Assembly: GCF_029227915.1 (NCBI RefSeq)
Contig: NC_079879.1
Location: 27,379,095 to 27,443,094 of the forward strand
Source: Hydractinia symbiolongicarpus
Lineage: Eukaryota
Reading direction: 5' to 3'
DNA length: 64,000 nt
The translations under genes were made by a program, and so were the position numbers. Position 1 is the first letter of the stretch, and every line of letters begins with the position of its first letter. Positions 49,668 to 59,900 of this stretch are shown piece after piece. The notes under the pieces are model-generated. The model did not search any database, was not told the DNA's origin, and saw only the letters and a list, made by a program, of their open reading frames with translations.

Positions 49668-50439
49668 TCATAGCGCATGTACCAATAATTCACGAGTTTG
49701 AATGTACAAGTTTATTCCGTGATTGTGGTCTTCAGAAAGCGGGTCAATATTTTGCATAAAATTGTCTGGTAAATTCAGAGCTATCTCAGGAACATTTACG
49801 TTGTTGATCGAATCTATTAAAGGAGCTGGACCGTCAAGTTCGACTCCATGTGTACCAATGTTTTCATTTTCCTCCATTATCTGTCTCAAACCGTTATCAG
49901 AAGAATGCCAGTTCATATACATGCCTTGAGTCCACAGCTGATACGGCGTTCTATTGCCTTCAGTTGATAAAGGATGATTATTCCACTGCTTCACAAATTT
50001 CTCGCAAGCACGATTAATTCTAGGCAAAAACACGCTATGCAATGCGTACAAATCTACATCATTTACGGGGTCTAACATTTCTTGCTGCTCCATGAAATAA
50101 AAAATGCCTTTAAAATAATCAACCACCTGTATGACTAAGTCGCGCCAAAGCCTTTCGATTCTTTGATTATGCACTGATAGTCCAGTTATGACAGGCTTAC
50201 TGGCCACACCAAAGTGTCCCAGCATCCATCGTGCCACTTCAATATTTTCTGTACCGTGGTCAGTGCGAATTCTCCTAGGGACATTGTATTTATTGATGGC
50301 TTCCAGAAATAGATCTAATACGGTAGTGCTTCTGTTATTTGAATTACATCTGAGAAATGTTACTAATCTTGAATAACCATCTATACATCCGTGAAACACA
50401 ATGCGCCATCTAATTAACTTATGATGACCATCCATATGC
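49668..50439 (-). CDS. integrase exon 2: rve (retroviral-type integrase) catalytic core, D-D-E intact (HMDGHHKL ... IRTDHGTEN ... NQRIERLW)
   Basis: A 73-bp GT-AG intron (plus 50440..50512; minus gtaagtaag...attcttttag) joins ...SLW to HMDGHHKL in frame. D1-D2 spacing is 56 aa and D2-E spacing is 35 aa, typical of rve domains. Stop at 49668-49670. Confidence 0.7.
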
Positions 50440-50512
50440 CTAAAAGAATATTTTAAGAAATGGATATGGGCATAACGCAAACACCGTTTGTTAATTAGGG
50501 AAACTTACTTAC

Positions 50513-51201
50513 CACAGCGAATTTGGAGATTTCACATTGTACCTCCTTCTTTGTATACAATTCCTTCGTCTCATCACCCTGCTCAACGCGTCTACCCTCA
50601 TGATTGATTGTCGCAATCTTTCTCTTTTCACCTTAATATGTTTGCTGGTAATTGCACCTATTACCATTCTTTCGCCGCAATTTGGGAGTATCAAAAGCAC
50701 TTCTCGAACTATTTCATCGAGTTGTTGATCAGTTATGTCTGAATATTCTGCTTCTCCAAAAGGTAAATCAAATTCTTTACGACGACGACGGAGTGTTTTG
50801 ATACTAATACCAAGCATTTGAGCAATGTCCTTCCATTGATATCCGATCTTTTTCAAGCTAATGACTTGTTCCTTTGGCACTTCATACTTTGGTCTGCCAA
50901 CCTCACCAGTCACAGCTCTAGGACTAATGTAAGCATTGCTTTTATCACCACCTCGACAACGATGTTTCACTAGTTCTTCATAAAAATTTTGTAGTGACCT
51001 AATAACTTTTGGTATACGATCACTTATATCAGGCACTTGTAAGTACTCTAAGTATATTGATGCTAAATTCCATATAATTTCGTCAAACTGAATGTTGTAA
51101 ATTTCCTGCCCGATTTCATTCAAGGGCAAAAACCTGTTTCTTTCTAAACCATTTAGAAACGTAATTGCAGCTGTAACATGTGGAACATATACCGCCATCA
51201 T
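50513..51201 (-). CDS. integrase exon 1: N-terminal region with helix-turn-helix (ISLKKIGYQWKDIAQMLGISIKTLRRRRKEF) up to ...RRRYNVKSPNSLW
   Basis: ATG ATG at plus 51201/51198 on the minus strand. The exon ends ...ctgtg|gtaagtaag (phase 2), which splits the Trp codon. Confidence 0.65.
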
Positions 51202-51455
51202 TGTTTTTCTAACATCTTCATTTTTGCGCAAAATTTTAAATAAAATGCCGAACAGTCATACTTGTCGAAATTTTGATTGATTGATTGACAGGTGCCACAA
51301 AAAAAGAAAAAAACATTTTTTGAAAAAAGTAATAATTTTTTTCAACTAAAAAGAAAAAAAATTGCGAAAAAAAATTTTTTTTCGTATTTTTTAATATATT
51401 TTAATATCAAAAATGTTTTTTTCTTGGAAAAAAGTTTTTTTGTTTATTTTTTGGG

Positions 51456-51488
51456 TTTTTTTAATTTTGTCCCCTCAGGCGCGCCATA
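51456..51488 (-). repeat. right terminal inverted repeat (33 bp)
   Basis: Exact reverse-complement match to 47193..47225. Confidence 0.9.
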
Positions 51489-53187
51489 GTTTTATGACAG
51501 ATTTATCATTTTATGCATGATAGATCAATAACTCGATATTTCCTCACTTTCTGCGTTAAAAAAAGCAAAGCTTTGTAGCCAAAGATATAATTGTCGCAAC
51601 AAACTTGTTTTCGTACAATTTCGACAAGATGGAGGGGAGTGTTCGACAAAAATATATACCGTTACGACTGAAAATTTTATTTCGAGAAAAAGCAAATCAA
51701 AGATCTTTGCTTTTACCTGCAAGAATCATAGTTACACACACTTAAACGTGAATATTTTATTTCAAATTAAAGGCAAAGTATTTTCGCAGAACTTTGGGTC
51801 TAGTTATTGTTAAACAGACAACACGATAACATAACATAACAGAATAAAAACGAAAAAAATAAAGAAATAAATTAAAAAGGTATAGATGATAAATAACAAT
51901 ATATTTGTATAGATTATTAAAGTGTTAATGTTTCCTATGTTATATGTAGGGATGCAATTTTTTATTCGTTCTGCATAACTCTTTTTAATTATTATACAGA
52001 TTAAATATATTTAAGGAATTTTAAACTTTGAGCACACTTTTGAAAACACTAAAAAATAAAGAAGATTTTTCTTCATTTTATCACTCTTAACAATAAATAT
52101 TTTTGATTCTTTTTTAAAAAATATCAGGAAATTATACCAAAGAATCAAAATTAAAAAAAATATTTTTTTTAAAAAAATGACCCTGAAGGGGGTTACCGTA
52201 TCCTTAATACTTTTGCCATTTTGATCTTTAACTTTTTTTATTAAATCATATGTACATTGACCCCATGACAATAACAATAAAAATTGTTTTTTAATTTAGC
52301 CACCCGTTTGACAAACGAGTAAAAGTACTCAATTATAAATAATTCAGCACTCACAAAAATGTAAACAATATGATGTGTGGTTTATAGTTATAGTTTATAG
52401 AGCAGGCGAGAAAGGCAATCAGTCTGGTCCTTAAAATCAACGCTTATCATAAACTTTTATTCAGCAGCCGTGCAGCAGCGCAGTTCGCCTCTTCTTTAAA
52501 ATATAGAATAGCCTACGTGATTATGGCGGCGAACTTCGAACTTCAAAATGAGCTGTCTTGTTTCAATATATTTTGTCCATTAAACTTAAGCTTTCTTTAA
52601 GGATATCAAAATGTAGTTTCTCGCATACGAAAGTTTAGACGTAAGGCTCGAATTCAAGTCAACCAATAGCAAACCAATTTTGCGAAAAAAAACATAATTC
52701 AAATAAATTAATTAGCACAACGCTTAACTTCAACACTAAATCCGCGAAAATAAATTCTCTTATTTCCCACGAAATCCCAGAGAGAAAAAAACCCGGAAAG
52801 CCCAGGGGTTCAGCGGAAGCAATATTATTCCATACAAAAAGCAAGGAAATTGAGAATTTAAAACAAACGAACTTATTAAGGAGAGCTTAATTCTCTCAAA
52901 ATGTTTTAAAACTATTGAAAACAAAAATAATAATAAGAAAAAGATATTGGGTATGTGGTTGAACGAAAGTTGTAAGAAATACAGGACCAATAGGATTTGG
53001 AAATCAAACAAATACTCTTCGCATAGCGCCGGAAATAGCATAAACGTTTGTATTAATATATTAATATTTGTAAAGGATTCTTCTAGCAACAAGACCATGG
53101 TAAAAAGAAAGATAAAAAATGATTTAAGATAAATTCTCACAAGGTCGAAATTCGTAAATTAATTCTACAAAGATTCAGAAATCTGTT

Positions 53188-54138
53188 TCATGTCAAAGGC
53201 TTGTCTGCATATCCCAAGTATGTTTTTTTTGCAAAAAAATACATTTTTGGTATAGGACGATAAACTATGGACGCCGTCAATCCTTTAAAACCGAAACTTC
53301 CAATGACTTTATCAGTATTTCGCGTGACATTACAATTCGATCGCAAAGCTGCCCACGTATCATTCATTGTTTCTTGTGCATACCTCGTCCAGGTTCCACG
53401 CTCTGCAGCAATATGTTCTTTGAAGTAGAATCGACCTCCTGGCTTCAAAACTCTCATGATTTCATTTAAAGCTTTGGTTTGGTCTTGAACACAACAAAGC
53501 AAGAGCGAGCTTACTACACAACTGCATGAGTTATCAGCAATTAATCCACTCATATCTTCAACATTTCCAATCAAATATTTCTCCAACGTAACATGCTTAT
53601 TTTTCTCTAAACTTTCGTTTAAATAGGACTTGAAATTCTCATTCAAGTCAATTGTCATTAACCTAACACCTTTAGGGTAGTGTTCCAAGTTAGCGCAACT
53701 ACCAGCTCCAAGTTCCAGCACTGGTCCTCCTCCTACCTGTTCAATCACTTCCTCCATGCTACTGAATAACTCCTGATTCATTTTCTGGATGTCTTTTTGT
53801 TGGGCTTTATTCTTAGCCAAGCGACTGGTATCCCATGCTAAAAACTTTTTAAGTAGGCTTTTCGCTATTGACTGCACAAAAGCTAGCTTGAACAGGAAAT
53901 AAATTGTAAGAGCGAGGATAAAAAACCAGATTAGAAGCGAATAAACAAGTGACATGATGCTTCTAAATGTGAAGAAAAGAAAAATTAACATGTGTAATCG
54001 TTTAGCATGAATGATGAAAACATATAAAAGTGCCATGCCGACTGTTCGCCATGCGATAGGCCAGGTTTCAAAAATAATTAGCTGAGTTACAAAAATAATT
54101 GAGGTTAATCCTGAATCAATAGTAGAAACTGGCTTCAT
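53188..54138 (-). CDS. intronless 316-aa membrane-anchored SAM-dependent methyltransferase, METTL7/TMT1 (thiol methyltransferase)-like
   Basis: N-terminal hydrophobic helices. Motif I VLELGAGSCANLEHYP, then ...CVVSSLLLCCVQDQTKALNEIMRVLKPGGRFYFKEHIAAERGTW, closely paralleling METTL7B VLEVGCGTGANFQFYP...[43 protein letters not shown]. Confidence 0.8.
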   Translation of the reverse strand: MKPVSTIDSGLTSIIFVTQLIIFETWPIAWRTVGMALLYVFIIHAKRLHMLIFLFFTFRSIMSLVYSLLIWFFILALTIYFLFKLAFVQSIAKSLLKKFLAWDTSRLAKNKAQQKDIQKMNQELFSSMEEVIEQVGGGPVLELGAGSCANLEHYPKGVRLMTIDLNENFKSYLNESLEKNKHVTLEKYLIGNVEDMSGLIADNSCSCVVSSLLLCCVQDQTKALNEIMRVLKPGGRFYFKEHIAAERGTWTRYAQETMNDTWAALRSNCNVTRNTDKVIGSFGFKGLTASIVYRPIPKMYFFAKKTYLGYADKPLT

Positions 54139-54861
54139 AAGTAAGGCCAGTCAGGAGATTAAATTTAGCTAGTTTGGAAGAATCCCAAAGCAACATGGAA
54201 AAAAACTTTCACTTGTATCTGTTATCCAAACAATCAAAGATATATAATTGTAATTTCTAGAATCTGATTGGTTAATAAAATTATTAAGTTGAAATCATTC
54301 TCACTTGTTAAAGAAAAAAAGGATAATTTTCAGATATTTAATCACATTAATGCTAATAAAGATTTTTTAACCCAATTCAGTCACTTTTTTCTGACATATT
54401 GATATAGTTTTGTTTAGAAATGCAATGCAAGTTGGTGCCAATCCAATCTGATAGTGATCTTAAATAAGAGCTCGTGCATAAGCAGCAAATACATTGTGGT
54501 AATTTGACGTAATCACGTTTGTTAGAAAAATGATCGAAATTTAATTATATAATAGACTCTTTTTGTATAAATTCTAGTAAAACTTTGTGTTTTGAAGTTT
54601 AATTTGATAGCTAAATACATAATTAAGTTGTGGGAAACACAAACACCAACAGTTGTGAAACCCCTATAATTTAGACGTTTGCCCATGCCAAATAATGTCA
54701 TGATGTCATCAGACACTTTTTGTTGGTTTAACTATGAGAGAGCAGGGTTTCAAAGTCCAATTTGCTCCACTGCAAAAAAAAAACTAGTAATTTTTCAATT
54801 CCAAAATCGAAAAGAAAGAAATGTGAACATTTTGCATGCTTCACAAATATCAAGGAATATT

Positions 54862-55105
54862 TCCTGTCTATTATTTCAAGGAGGGGCCATAGTTTAGATG
54901 AGAAGTCCTAGAGTATTAAATGGTCATTTTCAGCTTTTCAGAGCCAATTAAAGTCTGTGCTCCACCAGACAACTCTTTGTTGCAACCTCCAACGGGCCAT
55001 AATGTTCTATTTACCAAACTTTCCTCACATAGATTGGGTTAACCTGGGGCCATGGTAAAATTTACTCACCCCATATTGAATCGCTGTCAAGGGAAGGGAT
55101 CTTTG
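54862..55105 (-). mobile_element. divergent partial copy of the tRNA-derived SINE (lacks tail)
   Basis: cctgtctattatttcaaggaggggccatagtttagatg...ccatggtaaaatttactcaccccatattgaatcgctgtcaagggaaggg aligns to the SINE body in reverse orientation. Confidence 0.5.
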
Positions 55106-55188
55106 TGCTAAACTACAGAGTATAAAAAATATAGTTATATAGATGAATTCTGTTGTTTACATTTTCAGTGGGAAGCTCTTTTGGCTTT

Positions 55189-55410
55189 GCATTTGCGTTG
55201 CAGGAAAAAAAGATGACGCTAGGTCAGTTTATTTCTTCACACAACGGCATTCTTTTAGGACTTTAAATGAGATCAAATAAATCAGAAGACATCCGTTTAG
55301 CTACACTTGACAATAGATAATAGAAATTCACAGTAAAAGACCTCTTTTGACGAAATCGTAGCATCTCTTTCCTGCCACGCAAATGCCAGAGCCAAGAAGC
55401 TTACCACTGA
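55189..55410. mobile_element. MITE-like short repeat, copy of 18287..18540 family (gcatttgcgttgcaggaaa ... tttcctgccacgcaaatgc)
   Basis: Terminal 19-bp inverted repeat, ~85% identical to the 18287 copy. Confidence 0.4.
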
Positions 55411-56914
55411 AAAGTAAACAAATAACGTCACAATGGCATCTATCCATCTATATTTTCTTAAATACTGATGTTGTATGAGTGTTTTGAAATTAGGTTGTTT
55501 TGGATTGGGAGGAAACTTTATATTAAAACATTTTTCTTTGTTCCTTATGGTTTGTTCTGTTGTTGTTGTTTTGTTTTTAGCTTTGTCCAGTTCCACCTTC
55601 CCCTGACTGTTAACTAGACATTTGACAATATTTGGAATACTAATATTTTTCCTGACACATTGGACACCGCACCCTACATGACATTCATTTTTTACAAATA
55701 AATAAAACAACTACAGCAGCAAATAAAAACAATCTTACCAAAAACGTTTTTCCACGTGTATACTGTGTTCCAACCGGTGTGTGGTAGAATATTCTGCCCC
55801 CCTAGAATATTCTGCCCCCCCCGTAGTTGTGACTAATTACTTTAAGTATCAAATATTTGTCCGGCTATTGCGTTAAAGATGGCGGAGTTCGCTGTGCTGA
55901 CTGTACACAAAGCTATTATAGGGATATAGGTTAGTGAAAATGTATATATTACAGCCACATATTTGTTCACATTTAGCTTAGTGACAATGTATTACAATAC
56001 ATATTATATTTGTTGACTTACAGCCCCCTTGATTGTGTTTTATATACTCCATATTCATATTAAAACAAAATTCTTTCAGAACATATTAGCTAGCTATAAT
56101 TGACTAAAATACGAACTTTTTCGTTGCATATTACTACATCATCAAGTAAAATGAATTACTAAAACTGTATTACGATTATATACATTAAAAATTACAAACA
56201 TGTCCCGAAAGACGTAAAACTAATAGATGAATTCTGTTGTTTACGTTTTTAGCAGTAGCTAAGCTCTTTCGAAACTTGACACTTGTGAATCATGCCAAAG
56301 AAACATTGGGGCTACTGTCTCATTTCTGAGCAGCTTAAGATTTACTATATATACATCCAAACAAGTCAGTTCTAGTGTCTGCCCAATGCATAGTTTTTAG
56401 TGTTTGTGTTAAACTCTGCTCAGATGACAATAGCCTTAATCAATGAAAGGGTCAAAAAAAAGGAGTCTAATGTAAGGACTTGTTGTGCATGCCTCACCCC
56501 AGGTTTGTTTGAAGAATTATCGGAACATTAATTTCTGTCTTCAATGCCATGAAGTATGGCAAGTCACATTATATAAGTCTTTGGAAAGAGATAACAACCT
56601 AGGACTTAAGGTAGGCCATGGAGAGTTTTGATTTTTTCTGTCAGAATTTTCTATTAAGGATGTACAATGGTGGCTCAAAGTGGCTCAGTTTACCAGACCT
56701 ATACATTTGCCTAAAATTAATCTAATTTTATCCTTCGATGTTATGTATGTTCTTCAGGGTTAGGTGGTACTGGTAGAAACTTTTAAATAGGTGGACGTTG
56801 GTCTGAGGGAGAATTGCCACAGAGCATATCAATACACTTCAGAGTTGTTGGTTGCATTTTTTGCACTCAATATCTTCTTAAAAATCATTCAATATAGACA
56901 TTTTCAATTAAGAT

Positions 56915-59900
56915 TCGAAAAAATCAGGTATGGATGCCTGAATTATTCTGTACCCCCTACAGTTCTGGGCGTACAAATATCTGGCAACGCCATGGGGGGT
57001 ACAGAAAAAATCACGTATGGATGCCTGAATTATTCTGTACCCCCCTACAGTTCTGGGCGTACAAATATCTGGGTACGCCATGGGGGGTACAGAAAAAATC
57101 AGGTATGGATGCCTGAATTATTCTGTACCCCCCTGCAGTTCTAGGCGTACAGTATCCGGCAACGCCATAGGGGGTACAGAAAAAATCAGGTATGAATGCC
57201 TGAATTATTCTGTACCCCCCTACAGTTCTGGGCGTGCAAATATCTGGCTACGCCATAGGGGGTACAGAAAACGTCAGTTATTAATGCCTGAATTATTCTG
57301 TACCCCCCAACAGTTCTAGGCGTACAATATCTGGCAACGCGATAGGGGGTACAGAAAAAATCAGGTATGAATGCCTGAATTATTCTGAACCCCCTACAGT
57401 TCTGGGCGTACAAATATCTGGGTACGCCATGGGGGGTACAGAAAAAATCAGGTATGGATGCCTGAATTATTCTGTACCCCCCTACAGTTCTAGACGTACA
57501 ATATCAGGCAACGCCATAGGGGGTACAGAAAAAATCAGGTATTAATGCCTGAATTATTCTGTACCCCCCCACAGTTCTAGGCGTACAATATCTGGCAACG
57601 CCATAGGGGGTACAGAAAAAATCAGGTATGTATGCCTGAATTATTCTGTACCCCCTACAGTTCTGGGCGTGTCAATCTCTGGCAACGCCATAGGGGGTAC
57701 AGAAAAAATCAGGTATGAATGCCTGAATTATTCTGTACCCCCTACAGTTCTGGGCGTACAAATATCTGGGTACGCCATGGGGGGTACAGAAAAAATCAGG
57801 TATGGATGCCTGAATTATTCTGTACCCCCTACAGTTCTGGGCGTGCAAATATCTGGCAACGCCATAGGGGGTACAGAAAAAATCAGGTATGAATGCCTGA
57901 TTTATTCTGTACCCCCTACAGTTCTGGGCGTGCAAATATCTGGCAACGCCATAGGGGGTACAGAAAAAATCAGGTATGTATGCCTGAATTATTCTGTACC
58001 CCCTACAGTTCTGGGCGTGCAAATATCTGGCAACGCCATAGAGGGTACAGAAAAAATCAGGTATTAATGCCTGAATTATTCTGTACCTCCCCTACAGTTC
58101 TAGGCGTACACTATCCGGCAACGCCATAGGGGGTACAGAAAAAATCCGGTATGAATGCCTGAATTATTCTGTACCCTACAGTTCTGGGCGTGCAAATATC
58201 TGGCAACGCCATAGGGGTACAGAAAAAATCAGGTATGGATGCCTGAATTATTCTGTACCCCCCTACAGTTCTGGGCGTACAAATATCTGGGTACGCCATG
58301 GGGGGTACAGAAAAAATCAGGTATGGATGCCTGAATTATTCTGTACCCCCTACAGTTCTGGGCGTACAAATATCTGGCAACGCCATGGGGGGTACAGAAA
58401 AAATCACGTATGGATGCCTGAATTATTCTGTACCCCCCTACAGTTCTGGGCGTACAAATATCTGGGTACGCCATGGGGGGTACAGAAAAAATCAGGTATG
58501 GATGCCTGAATTATTCTGTACCCCCCTGCAGTTCTAGGCGTACAGTATCCGGCAACGCCATAGGGGGTACAGAAAAAATCAGGTATGAATGCCTGAATTA
58601 TTCTGTACCCCCCTACAGTTCTGGGCGTGCAAATATCTGGCTACGCCATAGGGGGTACAGAAAACGTCAGTTATTAATGCCTGAATTATTCTGTACCCCC
58701 CAACAGTTCTAGGCGTACAATATCTGGCTACGCCATAGGGGGTACAGAAAACGTCAGGTATTAATGCCTGAATTATTCTGTACCCCCCTGCAGTTCTGGG
58801 CGTACAAATATCTGGTAACGCCATAGGGGGTACAGAAGGCGTCAGGTATTAATGTCTGAATTATTCTGTACCCCCCTGCAGTTCTAGGCGTACACTATCC
58901 GGCAACGCCATAGGGGGTACAGAAAAAATCACGTATGAATGCCTGAATTATTCTGTACCCCCTACAGTTCCGGGCGTGTAAATCTCTGGCAACGCCATAG
59001 GGGGTACAGAAAAAATCAGGTATGGATGCCTGAATTATTCTGTACCCCCCTACAGTTCTGGGCGTACAAATATCTGTGTACGCCATGGGGGGTACAGAAA
59101 AAATCAGGTATGGATGCCTGAATTATTCTGTACCCCCCTGCAGTTCTAGGCGTACACTATCCGGCAACGCCATAGGGGGTACAGAAAAAATCAGGTATGA
59201 ATGCCTGAATTATTCTGTACCCCCTACAGTTCTGGACGTGCAAATATCTGGCAACGCGATAGGGGTTACAGAAAAAATCAGGTATTAATGCTTGAATTAT
59301 TCTGTACCCCCCAACAGTTCTAGGCGTACAATATCTGGCAACGCGATAAAGGGTACAGAAAAAATCAGGTATGAATGCCTGAATTATTCTGTACCCCCTA
59401 CAGTTCTGGGCGTGCAAATATCTGGCAACGCCATAGTGGGTACAGAAAAAATCAGGTATGTATGCCTGAATTATTCTGTACCCCCTACAGTTCTGGGCGT
59501 GCAAATATCTGGCAACGCCATAGGGGTACAGAAAAAATCAGGTATGGATGCCTGAATTATTCTGTACCCCCCTACAGTTCTGGGCGTACAAATATCTGGG
59601 TACGCCATGGGGGGTACAGAAAAAATCAGGTATGGATGCCTGAATTATTCTGTACCCCCTACAGTTCTGGGCGTACAAATATCTGGCAACGCCATGGGGG
59701 GTACAGAAAAAATCACGTATGGATGCCTGAATTATTCTGTACCCCCCTACAGTTCTGGGCGTACAAATATCTGGGTACGCCATGGGGGGTACAGAAAAAA
59801 TCAGGTATGGATGCCTGAATTATTCTGTACCCCCCTGCAGTTCTAGGCGTACAGTATCCGGCAACGCCATAGGGGGTACAGAAAAAATCAGGTATGAATG

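Larger units (their letters stand above)
47193..51488. mobile_element. 4296-bp TIR DNA transposon carrying an rve-type DDE integrase gene and a HECT-like gene; 33-bp perfect TIRs, 6-bp TSD GTTTTA; superfamily unresolved (IS3EU/Ginger-like class of rve transposases)
   Basis: TATGGCGCGCCTGAGGGGACAAAATTAAAAAAA at 47193-47225 and its exact reverse complement at 51456-51488. GTTTTA lies immediately outside both ends (47187-47192 and 51489-51494). About 250 bp of imperfect subterminal inverted similarity. A decayed integrase homolog at 13759..14870 indicates a multi-copy family. Confidence 0.8.

Noticed and set aside
52011-53140. Several 60-126-aa ORFs in the extremely AT-rich spacer between the transposon and the METTL7-like gene
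   Set aside because: They are low-complexity poly-Lys/Phe/Ile translations of A/T runs with no motifs.
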